DNA from: Octopus sinensis
Taxonomy: Eukaryota
Assembly: GCF_006345805.1 (NCBI RefSeq)
Contig: NW_021826252.1
Span: 1-35,629 of the forward strand
DNA length: 35,629 nt
Reading direction: 5' to 3'
Every line of letters starts with the position of its first letter. Positions within the stretch are counted from its first letter, which is position 1. Shown here piece by piece: positions 1 to 10,291 of this stretch. Made by a program: the position numbers and the translations under genes. Under the pieces are notes generated by a model. It was not told the origin of the DNA and did not search any database. It saw only the letters and a program-made list of their open reading frames with translations.

Positions 1-112
1 CTGGCACTTATTCTATCAGTGTTTACCCAACCTCTAAGTACGGGGATGTAAACACACCACCATCAGTTGTCGAGCGATGTTGGTGGGACAAACACAGACA
101 CACAAACAATAT

Positions 113-151
<39 letters not shown>

Positions 152-305
152 CGACGAGCTTCTTTCAGTTTCTGTCTACCAAATCCACTCACAAGGCTTT
201 GGTTGGCCCGAGGCTATAGTAGAAGACACTTGCCCAAGGTGCCATGCAGTGGGAACGAACCCGAACCATGTGCTTGGTAAGCAAGCTACTTACCACACAA
301 CCACT
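1..305 (-). mobile_element. tRNA-derived SINE, family A (internal (TA)n, ...aaagagtaaaagag tail); truncated by the window start
   Basis: Reverse complement of the recurrent head agtggctgtgtggtaagtagcttgcttaccaa...ccttgggcaagtgtcttctactatagcc, seen many times in the window. Confidence 0.85.
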
Positions 306-1052
306 ACTGCACCTATATATATATATATATATATAAATATATATATATACACACACATATATATGTATGTATGTATATGTGTAGTAGGTGGTGATTTTCT
401 TCACTGCTTCAAAGAGTGAGGACCCTGCCTGACACGAGTCCCAGGCTCAGCTGGCTCCGGCTGACAGTATCTGGTATGGGCCCCTATCCAGGTTTATGGA
501 AAGGAGACAACCTTTAAAGAAATTCGGAATCGAGCCCTGTAGACAGTTTAGTGTTCAACTCGACACCCTTCTGGCAGCTCCTGCAACCAAGCTGGTGCCA
601 AACATAATGCTCTGCACTCCTTTGGGCTACGTCAGCAAGGTCGAGAGAGGAATCCTGACAATTGGGTTACCCAGGATTTTCTTACATCTATTTTCTTACA
701 TCTAGCCCAGGCCTGCGCAAAGCTGGAGAGGAAACTGGAGAGGACATGAAATGTAAAAACCAGACTGGATTAGTTTATGCACAATTCTATTGTCTCCTGA
801 GACAAATGGATGCCAACAACCACAATGTATATGTTTGTGTGTATATATATATATATATATCATCATCATCATCATCATCATCGTTTAACGTCCGCTTTCC
901 ATGCTAGCATGGGTTGGACGGGCTAGCATATATATATATATATGCGTGTGTGTGTGCGTGTATGTGTGTGTGTGTGTACGTAAGATATGGTATAATTATA
1001 AACAGGACAAATTTTAGCCATTTCTCACAGACTGAAAAAAAAGTGATAAACA

Positions 1053-1095
1053 ACCTTAATCAATTTTCAAAGCTTATTGGCTTCTCATCAGAGGC
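1053..1095 (-). ncRNA. Minimal type-I hammerhead ribozyme motif (PLE-type)
   Basis: Minus strand GCCU-CUGAUGA-GAAGC(CAAUAA)GCUUU-GAAA-AUUGAUU-A-AGGU: canonical core, 5-bp stem II, 4-bp stem I, very short stem III. Confidence 0.55.
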
Positions 1096-1752
1096 GTCTA
1101 CATCATTCAGACAGTCTCCAGAGAAGTAAGCAGTCAAACTGTTTATATACTCAACAAATGCAGCAGTTACTCTATAAAGGAGACCCTAATTTGCATACCA
1201 AAAGTGTTTAACACTCTATAAATACCAGCAGCCTATCAACGGGGCTCTCAGTCCACACAGCATCAAGGTATGATATAATAAATATGCAACAAACATTTGT
1301 TGCCATTATTAGCTGACAAGAATGAATCATAGCTCTTCACTCCGACATTTGAAACTCCAAGCACTATAATAACAACCTTTTAGTGTTTGCTCTAAATTAT
1401 GACATATATAAATAATCTTCATTTTTCTCAAACATCGAGGTCTCATTTGTTTGTTCTTACTTTTTCTTACTATTATTGGTATATATATATATATATATAT
1501 AAAATAGTAATGCAATACGAGAGTATTGCTTTCTTCCAGTAAAGAATAGCCCGTGAGGGAAAATTATACATAGAAGTAAAATATGGCACACAAAGAAGTA
1601 CCGATATTTACTGGAAAATAGCACGTAATAAATACAACGCTAATGTATAGCTTCACCGCGTATGTACTAGCAAAAATGCGTGTGTGCAACAAACTTGAAA
1701 AAAATTGTCTTACCTCCAGGGAGAACATCTGAAAGATGAAATACCTAGATAG

Positions 1753-1836
1753 GGGTAATGTGGGACCGGTTTCAGATTTTTCAAGATATGTCTGCACACA
1801 TATGCTTGATTTATCTTCATCAGCCAACATATACCC
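1753..1836 (-). ncRNA. Type-I hammerhead ribozyme with extended stem II, predicted cleavage after GUC at 1764
   Basis: GGGUAUAUGUUGG-CUGAUGA-AGAU..AUCU-GAAA-CCGGU-C-CCACAUUACCC. Stem I is 11 bp with two U bulges; stem II is AGAU/AUCU + UCAAG/CUUGA + AUGUGU/ACAUAU; stem III is the palindrome ACCGGU. Confidence 0.8.
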
Positions 1837-2050
1837 GACAACATTTCAGATGTTGCCACATTAATGCCAATACACTCGACTGAAACGCCAAAATGCTGAC
1901 AGAACGAGAACGGTGAAGAAATTTCAATAAAAATAGTAATGCAATACGAGAGTATTGCTTTCCAGTAAAGAATAGCCCGTGAGGGAAAATTATACATAGA
2001 AGTAAATATATGGCACAACGAAGTACTGATATTTACTGGAAAATGTACTC

Positions 2051-2135
2051 GGGTATACGTTGGCTGATGAAGATAAATCAAGTATATGTGTGCAGACACA
2101 TCTTGAAAAATCTGAAACCGGTCCCACATTATCCC
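2051..2135 (+). ncRNA. Type-I hammerhead ribozyme with extended stem II, predicted cleavage after GUC at 2123
   Basis: CUGAUGA 2064-2070, GAAA 2114-2117, ACCGGU 2117-2122, C17 at 2123. Same fold as the 1753-1836 copy, with a slightly weaker stem I. Confidence 0.75.
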
Positions 2136-2342
2136 TATCTAGGTATTCATCTTCAGATGTTCTCCCTGGAGGTAAGACAATTTTTTCAAGTTTGTTGCAC
2201 ACACGCATTTTGCTAGTACATACGCGGTTGTTTTTGTAGCTATGCATTAGCGTTGTTGTATTTATTACATTCACTATTTCCAGTAAATATCGGTACTTCG
2301 TTGTGCCATATATTTACTTCTTTGTATAATTTTCCCACCGAC

Positions 2343-2509
2343 GGTTGTGTGTTTACATTCCTGTAACTTAGCGGTTCGGCGAAAGCGACCAATCGAATAA
2401 GTACTAGGCTTACAAAGAATAAGACCTGGGGTCGATTTGCTCGGCTAGAGGTGGTGCTCCAGCATGGCCACAGTCAAATGACTGAAACAAGTAAAAGAGT
2501 AAAAGAGTA
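2343..2509 (+). mobile_element. SINE family A, 3' half
   Basis: gtaacttagcggttcggc...cagcatggccacagtcaaatgactgaaacaagtaaaagagtaaaagag. Confidence 0.8.
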
Positions 2510-2550
2510 CACAAAACAAAACAATAAACAAACAAGCAAAAAATAACGAG

Positions 2551-2560
2551 TTTATTTAAT
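2551..2560 (-). promoter_or_regulatory. Candidate poly(A) signal of DNAJC28 (overlapping ATTAAA/AATAAA)
   Basis: The minus strand reads attaaataaa about 23-32 nt after the TAA stop. Hexamers are common in AT-rich DNA, so this is only a candidate. Confidence 0.45.
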
Positions 2561-2582
2561 TGGTTCCCTAGTTGATATGTAA

Positions 2583-2919
2583 TTACTTAAATACTGCCTT
2601 AATGTCCTTCCATACTTGTGACCAGTTAATAGGATCACTATGTAGAGCATCTTTCTCGTCGAGCACCTTTGCCGAAATTTGGTCTAATTCTGGTTTTATG
2701 TAATGGTGGGGTTTGGCCCGTATGGTGCTCAGCTCTTTCCCACAATCGTAATGGACCATTTGTTTGCGGAGGATTGGCACTATCATGTTGTATCTATCTA
2801 TCTTGAGGTTTATGTCCCTGATGCCAGTTTGGAACTTCTCAACTGCATGGGTGCTGAGGTTGTTCAGCCCTTGCGCATAATGCATGGCGATGTTGTGACG
2901 TAAAAGAGCAACGTGTTCC
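2583..2919 (-). CDS. DNAJC28: Last coding exon of DnaJ homolog subfamily C member 28 orthologue (C-terminal part, after the DUF1992 core)
   Basis: Acceptor ttcttcttcag|G at 2920/2919. Translation (R)EHVALLRHNIAMHYAQGLNNLSTHAVEKFQTGIRDINLKIDRYNMIVPILRKQMVHYDCGKEL...NWSQVWKDIKAVFK* matches the vertebrate DNAJC28 motif [30 protein letters not shown] as I recall it. The phase-2 join with exon 9250-9450 (AG|G = Arg) is in frame. Confidence 0.93.
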
Positions 2920-3240
2920 CTGAAGAAGAAAAAAATAATAATGAATATGAATAAAGAAATAATAAAACTACATAAACATAAGAATGCAAGAAAAGCCATC
3001 ATCATCATCATCATCATCATGTTCTTCCTCACCACCAGCACTGCTGCTGCTCACCACCCACCACCAGCCATGGCCACCGCTGCCACCGCCTGTCATCGCC
3101 ACCATTATTTTAATGTCCTCTTTTCCATACTTGCAAGGGTCAAGCAGATTTTATTGAGGTTGATTTTCTATGGCTGAATGCCTTCCCTGTCACCAACCTT
3201 CTCTTTCTGAACAAGGTAAAATTCGATCACTATAAACAAA

Positions 3241-3338
3241 CCATCTTGGGCAAGTGTCTTCTGCTATAGCCCCGGGCCGACCAATGCCTTGTGAATGGAT
3301 TTGGTAGACGGAAACTGAAAGAAGCCTGTTGTATATAT

Positions 3339-3374
<36 letters not shown>

Positions 3375-3595
3375 TTGTGTGTCTGTGTTTGTCCCCTTAG
3401 CATTGCATGACAACCGATGCTGGTGTATTTATGTCTCCGTTACTTAGCAGTTCGGCAAAAAGAGACCGATAGAATAAGTACTGGGCTTACAAAGAATAAG
3501 TCCCAGGGTCGATTTGCACAACTAAAGGCAGTGCTCCAGCATGGTCGCAGTCAAATGACTGAAACAAGTCAAAGAGTAAAAGAGTAAAGAGAGTA
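3241..3595 (+). mobile_element. SINE family A, 5'-truncated
   Basis: Matches the other family A copies from ccatcttgggcaagtg to the aaagagtaaaagag tail. Confidence 0.85.
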
Positions 3596-3709
3596 ATACA
3601 TGACATCCCGTTACTTATTTGATTTTTATTCACCTTACTTTGAGCTGTGTGGACAATACCGGACTGACTTGGTACCTCAACTGAAGTACCTAATTCAACT
3701 GAATTTTAA

Positions 3710-3746
<37 letters not shown>

Positions 3747-4390
3747 CTTTGTCCCTGTCTCTTTTTATCGCTCTCTCTCTCTTCTCCCCCTCCTTAATTC
3801 CTCTCCCCCTTTTCTCCTCCCTCTTCTCTTCACACGTGACTGACTGACCGACTACTGGCCTATTGGATCTTGTAGCGGTCATGGTAACATAATTTTTTTC
3901 TCTGCTCCAAGGCACATTCCTAACACGCCAGGTGAGTTTAATACATCTCAGTCGAAAGACACCTGTTGTGATGTCCTGTTATTGTTATTATTATTATTAT
4001 TATTTATTATTATTATTATTATTGTTGTTGTTGTTTTTATGCATTATTTTTGTATTCATATTCATGTAACATCGTCCGTTTTCCGTCTTTGTTTTGTATA
4101 CAATCAAAGCTTTTTTCCAAGGAATCTAATGTGCTTAGCTTAGTTTTTCCTTGGGGCCGGCCAGATTGGAGCAATCTCAAGATTAATCAACCGAAGACAA
4201 CACATAGGAGGAATTACAACCGTGTTTCGTGGTCTGCTACCACAACAGCTCCTTTATAGGATCCAGTTAGTTCAAGACATCATCAGGAGGAACCCCGTCC
4301 GGTTTCGGCCCCTACTCCTCTACTGTTTGACATGGCGGGGCCCTGCCTTTTGGAGGTGTCTTCAGCTCTGGTGTTGGGTGCATGTCTTCT

Positions 4391-4701
4391 TTCTGTTCCC
4401 TGGCCTCTTCGATGTATCGTCAGCGAGTGTCAGCCGGTGACTGACTGTCTTGTCAAATTTCTCCTTTAAATACCGCTGTTAGCTCAGCAGGCAGCCTTCT
4501 TCTGTTTCCTGGCCTCTTCGATGTATCATCAGTGAGTGTCAGCCGGTGACTGACTGTCTTGTCAAATTTCTCCCTTTAAATACCTGCTGTTAGGCTCCAG
4601 CAGGCAGCCTTTCTTCTGTTCCCTGGCCTCTTCGATGTATCGTCAGCGAGTGTCAGCCGGTGACTGACTGTCTTGTCAAATTTCTCCCATTAAATACCTG
4701 C
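4391..4701. repeat. Tandem repeat, 2.8 x ~110-114 bp, inside an unclassified GC-richer repeat (about 4050-4700)
   Basis: The unit ttctgttccctggcctcttcgatgtatcgtcagcgagtgtcagccggtgactgactgtcttgtcaaatttctcc... starts at 4391, 4500 and 4614. Confidence 0.9.
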
Positions 4702-5259
4702 CACTTTTTGCTGAACAACCAGCACAAATTTGCTTATAGTGATCAGCTGTTTGCACCAGACATTAGCGGTGATGGTGGTAGTAGTGGTAACAGTGGTGGT
4801 CTTCGTAGCAGCAGCAGCAGCAAAAGTAGTAGCAGCAGCATTAGTTTGTACAAAGAAGGAGTAAGAAGAATATCTCCCACCTCCACCCTAAATAAACTAA
4901 AATCTCTATTTTGTTAATATGTATAAATTAGCCACTATCTTATGGGCGTAACATGATGACAGCTTCGTCCAGGTTTACACCATCACTACAACTCTTACAT
5001 CATATATATATATGTATGTATATATGTATGTATATATATATATATATATATATATCATATATAAATATATATGAATACACATCATATATACATACATATG
5101 CATATATACACAACTATATATGTATATACATATACATTCTTATTTGTATGTGTGTATGTTTATATATATACTACACACACACACATGCATTATATATATA
5201 TATATATGCATACATGTAAACATACATACATGTGTATGTGTTTGAATGTATATATATTC

Positions 5260-5315
<56 letters not shown>

Positions 5316-5339
5316 GACAACATAGAGAGGTATATATAT

Positions 5340-5375
<36 letters not shown>

Positions 5376-5732
5376 CCCTAAGTCATAATATTCCTATGAA
5401 ACAAAAATAAGAATTTGTACTTCATTTGCCGAGGTAAACAATATGATTAAATCCACCACCCACCCCCGTATATCTTTTTGCCCTACCCACCTGCCCAACC
5501 CTGCCACCTTCCTCTCTAATATTCTTGCTTACTTTTATTTGATGCTGCTGTTGTTGTTGTTGTTATCTCTCAACACCTACATTTTCTTCTTTTTCCTTTT
5601 GCTACAAAGATAGCAAGTGTTGGGTGAAGATATTTCTCTGTCATTTTTTTAAGGGGAATCAAAAAATAACAACTAAAATATAAAAACAGATAAGCACAAA
5701 AGGTAGTAGTAGTAGTAGTAGAAGTAGTAGTT

Positions 5733-5787
<55 letters not shown>

Positions 5788-5806
5788 CAGCAGCAGCAGC
5801 AGTAGT

Positions 5807-5978
5807 GGCTTCAAATTTTGGTAAAAGGCCAGCAATTTCGAGGGAGGGCCTAAGCCAATTACATCAACCCCAGTTCGTAACTGGTACTTATTTTAACAAC
5901 CCCTAAAAGATGAAAGGTGTTGTTGACCTCAGTGGAATTCGTACCCAGAATGCAATGACTGACAAAATGCTGCCTTAG
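5807..5978 (-). mobile_element. tRNA-derived SINE family B, degenerate
   Basis: Similar to the reverse complement of 27455-27690 (ttgcctttcatcc...taagtaccagtt...ggggtcgat). Confidence 0.6.
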
Positions 5979-6149
5979 TAGTCGTGATAATATTGTGTTG
6001 GATGAAAAGTTTTGCAATATTTTGGTAACTTTTAGGTAGCAAGCTGGGCGAAATGCTTAGTGGTATTTCGTCTGTCTTTACGTTCTGAGTTCAAATCCCA
6101 CTGAGCATTGGTTAATGGAAAGCAAGCCCTTTTGCAGGAAGATAACACA

Positions 6150-6424
6150 AGACATCATACCACTTGAATGACCTGGAATAAACTTCAGGAACTTCAGGTA
6201 ATCAAACTGATGTTACACCCAGCTTATAGTCCAGCATATAAAAAGCTATTACCTCTGTTGGCATTGTATGAGTGAAAGGCATTGTATGATGCTTGTGTAC
6301 GAATGGCTATGGTCCATGGTAGTGAGAGATAGGCCCTGAATAAAGATGACATGCATAGACTGGAGGTGAATGAAGCTAGTGTGCTCCAATGGGTGGGAAA
6401 CATCAGTGTGCATGGATGACAAAG
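6150..6424 (+). mobile_element. Degenerate RTE-clade LINE fragment (C-terminal to the RT domain)
   Basis: Frameshifted translation ..LYDACVRMAMVHGSER*ALNKDDMHRLEVNEASVLQWVGNISVH resembles the RTE motif LYxACVRSAMLHGSETW...RRLERNEASMLRWMC. Confidence 0.7.
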
Positions 6425-6426
6425 TA

Positions 6427-6637
6427 TTGGGTTGTCCGGAAAGTCTGTACCAATTTTTAAAGGAAAGAAAATGGTCAATAAATACTTGCCATTACATTTT
6501 TAATCAACCAAATATGAACCATTTTGTTGCACAATACGTCTCCATCTTTCCTTTAACTTGAAAATACCCTCTTCCCAGAATTCAGGTGGTTTCATGGCAA
6601 AGAATTCAACAAGGTATGTTTTTACGTCATCCAAGGA
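6427..6637 (-). mobile_element. Mariner 3' end (TIR plus transposase C-terminus), same family as 12557-13119
   Basis: ta|ttgggttgtccggaaagtctgtaccaattttt TIR; reverse complement of the DDVK..YL.EFFAMKPPEFWEEGIF segment. Confidence 0.85.
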
Positions 6638-6669
<32 letters not shown>

Positions 6670-6898
6670 CATATATACGACGGGCTTCTTTCAGTTTCCA
6701 TCTACCAAATCCAAAATCCACTCAGAAGGCTTTGGTTGGTTTGAGGCTATACATACATATATACATATATACATACATACATACATACATATATATATGT
6801 ATATATGTATATATATACATATATATATATACTAGCTGAAGGTGACCCGCTTTACGCGCGGGTAAGAGTGTGGTTGTTACTTTCTGTTGCTTCCTTTC

Positions 6899-7217
6899 AG
6901 CACGTAAAAAGCACCATCCGAACGTGGCGGATTGCAGCGCCGCCTTGACTGGCTTCTGTGCTGGTGGCACGTAAAAAGCACCAACCAATCGTGGCCGCTG
7001 CCAGCCCCCCTGGTACCTGTGCAGGCGGCACGAAAAAAAAGCCCACTACGCTCACAGAGTGGTGGCGTTAGGAAGGGCATCCACCTGTCGAAACACTGCC
7101 AGATCAGACTGGAGCTGGTGCAGCCTCCTGGCTTCCCAGACCCCTGTCAAACTGTCCAACCCGTGCTAGCACGGAAAACGGACGTTAAACGATGATGATG
7201 ATGATGATGATGATGAT
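6899..7217 (+). mobile_element. SINE family C ((GAT)n-tailed, with ggcacgtaaaaagcacc internal repeats), nested in the Helitron
   Basis: ggagtggtggcgttaggaagggcatcca...acggacgttaaacgatgatgatg, shared with copies at 24513, 30255, 33260 and 35285. Confidence 0.85.
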
Positions 7218-7907
7218 TCTCCCTCTTTGTTTCTTTCTCCTTTCTCTCTCACTTTCCCACTCTCTTACTCTTCCTTTCTCTCGGACTCTCCCTCGCTTTC
7301 TCTTACTCTCTATCTTTATGTATCTCTCTCCCATTTATAAACAACAAAAGATCTTGAGTAAGTTGAGAAATAAAATATTTAGAAAGATCAATCATAAATA
7401 TCAGGCAGTTACAAAGGAAAGGTCTGCTTCAAGACAGACAGCAAAACACTAACATTTAAAAGGGACAGACGAACTTGCGAGCTGAATAAAAATAATAAAA
7501 TATTGGAAACCAAAGTTTGAAGGGATAGAATTTGAGGATAGTAGAGTCACCATGGCTGGCATTTCTTAACGACGGACAGCAACGTATTGACAGTTCAACG
7601 GCTGGCGTAAAAGTTTGAACTTGATGTAAAAGAAAATCCCTAAAAACCAAGTTTTGACTTGATTATTTCTCACGACAGTAGACTCACGATGGCAAGCATT
7701 CAAAACTTCTTCATCATGGACGGACAACATTGACGATTAAAAGGCTGGAGCAAATTTTTTAGCTTGATGTAACAGAGAATGCTAAACACCCGCTCCTTTA
7801 AATTTTAATCCCCTTCCAGCCCCATTATACCCCCTTTTCACCTTTTGGTTAATATAACCCGATTTAATTTGGGTCTACTGGGGCCACATTTTATAAGATG
7901 AGGACAC

Positions 7908-8098
7908 AACCAATTTCCCAAGTTCTGGTCATAGACCATAGAACACTCAACCAAGTTTCCCGATTCTGGTCATAGACCATAGAACAGTCAAGCAAGTTTC
8001 CCGAGTTCTGGTCATAGACCATAGAACACTCAACCAAGTTTCCCGAGTTCTGGTCATAGACCATAGAACACTAAACTAAGTTTCCCGAGTTCTGGTCA
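7908..8098. repeat. Minisatellite, ~4.5 x 42 bp, each unit with a GTTCT-GGTC-ata-GACC-at-AGAAC hairpin
   Basis: ttctggtc recurs at 7923, 7964, 8006, 8048 and 8090. It is flanked by two similar ~58-bp direct repeats (about 7830-7888 and 8283-8342). Confidence 0.92.
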
Positions 8099-8986
8099 TT
8101 TGCAGAATAAATAGAGACGGCGGAGGTGGCAGACGTCGTTGCAATGTAAACATGATTTGTTATAAGAGAAAGATTGCCCAGATTGGTGTTGGTGGTGTTG
8201 GTGGTGGCGATGATAATTATCATTAGGAAAAGAGTGAGTGAGTGAGGAAGACATACATAAGTTGTGGCGATGATAATTGTAGACCCCTTTTCACATTTTG
8301 ATGAAGAGAACCCGATTTCATTCGGGTGTACTGGGGCTACATATAGGTGTGTGCGTGGTGTGTGGTGTGTGTGTGCACGCTGTAGAAATTAAATTAGAGA
8401 TAAAACCACTAATAGGGAAATGAAACAGTAAAAAAACCAAAAACAAAAACAAAATTAAAATATAATATTAGATATAGTTATATATGTGTGTTGTGTGTGT
8501 GTGTGTGTGTGTGTGTTGACAGGTAGACAATAGAATGCGATGGCGATGGGGATGGCGAGTAATATTTGTTACTGTCCATGAACGCTGAGAGATACATGAG
8601 TAAAATGTATAGGAAGGTAAGAGATAGAGTGAGTGAAAATGTTCTTGGAAGAGAGTAAATAGAATACAGAGTGATTTGAGGAAGACTTTACATTAAATAA
8701 CGGTAGTTGCATTGTCAAATGAAGAGGAGTGACAGAGTACTGGAGGAAATAGGGTGAGGTAGGAAGATGGCCCCTAGCAACCACACCTTTTAAGATAGGG
8801 ATTTCTAAGGTAGCCCACACGCATCGTCACCTCATTCTACATGTCCGTGTAAATTTTGGAGCGAATCGGACGGGATGTAGTGGCATTGAAAGCGAACCAA
8901 GCGGTGTAAAAAACGCATTTCAGTTTTATATATAGAGATATATATATATATATACATATATACAAGTATGTATGTATATATGTATG

Positions 8987-9024
<38 letters not shown>

Positions 9025-9029
9025 CATGT

Positions 9030-9243
9030 GTGTCTTTGTGTCTGTTACACCACCACCACTCAGAAACTGGTGTTGGTGTGTTTACGTCCCTGTAACTTAG
9101 CAGTTCAGCAAACGGACTAATAGGATAAATACCAGGCTTAATAAAATTAAGGACTGGGGTTGATTCATTTGACTAAAAATTCTTCAAGTTAGTGCTCCAG
9201 CATGGCCACAGTCTCATGACTGAGATGAGTAAAAGAATAAAGG
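9030..9243 (+). mobile_element. SINE family A, 3' half, abutting the DNAJC28 donor site
   Basis: tgtttacgtccctgtaacttagcagttcagc...ctccagcatggccacagtc...gagtaaaagaa. Confidence 0.75.
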
Positions 9244-9249
9244 AATTAC

Positions 9250-9450
9250 CTTATCTCTTTCATCATTGTAATCCACTCAGGTGAGTAGCCATTGTTGATT
9301 AGAACTTGGTTCAGTCTATGAGTGTGGGGGTCAAGGGTCGTACTTGCATTTTGGTAGACAATAGGTTTGCCAGCTCCTGAGAGATTATGGAATTCTCCCT
9401 TGGACATAGCATCCTGAATGAGGTCCTCCACAACACGGTCGATGGTATTA
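9250..9450 (-). CDS. DNAJC28: Penultimate coding exon of DNAJC28 orthologue (DUF1992 core), 201 nt, phase 2-2
   Basis: Acceptor ttttttacag|T at 9451/9450; donor AG|gtaatt at 9250/9249. Translation NTIDRVVEDLIQDAMSKGEFHNLSGAGKPIVYQNASTTLDPHTHRLNQVLINNGYSPEWITMMKEI(R) matches the DNAJC28 motif [27 protein letters not shown]...[21 protein letters not shown]. Confidence 0.95.
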
Positions 9451-9472
9451 CTGTAAAAAAGAAAATTAAACC

Positions 9473-9717
9473 ATTTTATATCAGCTGAAACGCTGTGTTA
9501 ACAACAAACAAGATGAGGACAAATATCCGTCGAATGTAAATAATGTAAATAATGTAAATAATGTACATAATTCCTCATCTCTTAAATATAGAACTGCATG
9601 TATGTTGGGTTTATGAAAGACCATTTCACATTTGATACAGATAATTAACAACAAACAAGACGGATATTTGTCCTCATCTTGTTTGTTGTTAACACAGCGT
9701 TTCAGCTGATATAAAAT
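9473..9717. repeat. Perfect 59-bp inverted repeat (9473-9531 / 9659-9717) with a 127-nt spacer; probable PLE pLTR-derived
   Basis: attttatatcagctgaaacgctgtgttaacaacaaacaagatgaggacaaatatccgtc and its exact reverse complement. Confidence 0.9.
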
Positions 9718-9875
9718 CCATCAAATGTAAATAAGGTGAATAATGTAAATGTTCAAAGTTATATTTACCCTCTCTTTACTGTTGTGCTGTTGATTTATTC
9801 AACTAAAACCCTTCACATTGTGTTCCAGCATGGCCACAGACTGGAACAAGTAAGAAAAATAAAAGAATACATAAA

Positions 9876-10050
9876 TATGTATACTCTTTTACTTGTTTCA
9901 GTCATTTGACGGCGGCCATGCTGGGGCACCGCCTTTAGTCGAGCAAATCGACCCCAGGACTTATTCTCTGTAAGCCTAGTACTTATTCTATCGGTCTCTT
10001 TTGCCGAACCGCTAAGTGACGGGGACGTAAACACAGACACACAAACATAT

Positions 10051-10083
<33 letters not shown>

Positions 10084-10100
10084 CATATATATATACATAT

Positions 10101-10147
<47 letters not shown>

Positions 10148-10291
10148 CATACGACGGGCTTCTTTCAGTTTCCGTCTACCAAATCCACTCACGGGGCTAT
10201 AGTAAAAGACACTTGCCCAAGATGCCACGCAGTGGGACTGAACCCGGAACCATGTGGTTGATTAGCAAGCTACTTACCACACAGCCACTCC
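9876..10291 (-). mobile_element. SINE family A, near full length
   Basis: Tail, internal (TA)n and tRNA-like head are all present. Confidence 0.88.

Larger units (their letters stand above)
1501..2336. mobile_element. Non-autonomous Penelope-like pseudo-LTR structure: direct repeat plus ~280-bp inverted repeat carrying two hammerheads
   Basis: Direct copies at 1501-1619 and 1930-2044; inverted arms at 1557-1838 and 2049-2336; each arm contains an HHR. Mixed direct and inverted pLTRs with HHRs are characteristic of PLEs. Confidence 0.7.
6832..8938 (-). mobile_element. Non-autonomous Helitron (5' TC ... hairpin ... CTAG 3', inserted between A and T) with a nested SINE and minisatellite
   Basis: The minus strand starts A|TCtctatatataaaactg at 8938 and ends acccgc-gcgtaaa-gcgggt-caccttcag CTAG|T at 6832. 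No Rep/helicase ORF. Confidence 0.75.

Noticed and set aside
4215-4350. Possible hammerhead on the minus strand (CUGAUGA ... GAAA CACGGUUGU A; also CUGAAGA ... GGCC GAAAC)
   Set aside because: Stem I cannot be formed and stem II pairing is poor.
6034-6105. tRNA-like A/B-box sequences here and in other SINE heads
   Set aside because: No complete cloverleaf or acceptor stem; these are SINE heads, not tRNA genes.
7908-8098. Hairpin-containing repeat array resembling CRISPR
   Set aside because: Contiguous 42-bp units with no unique spacers, no cas genes, eukaryotic context; it is a minisatellite inside a Helitron.
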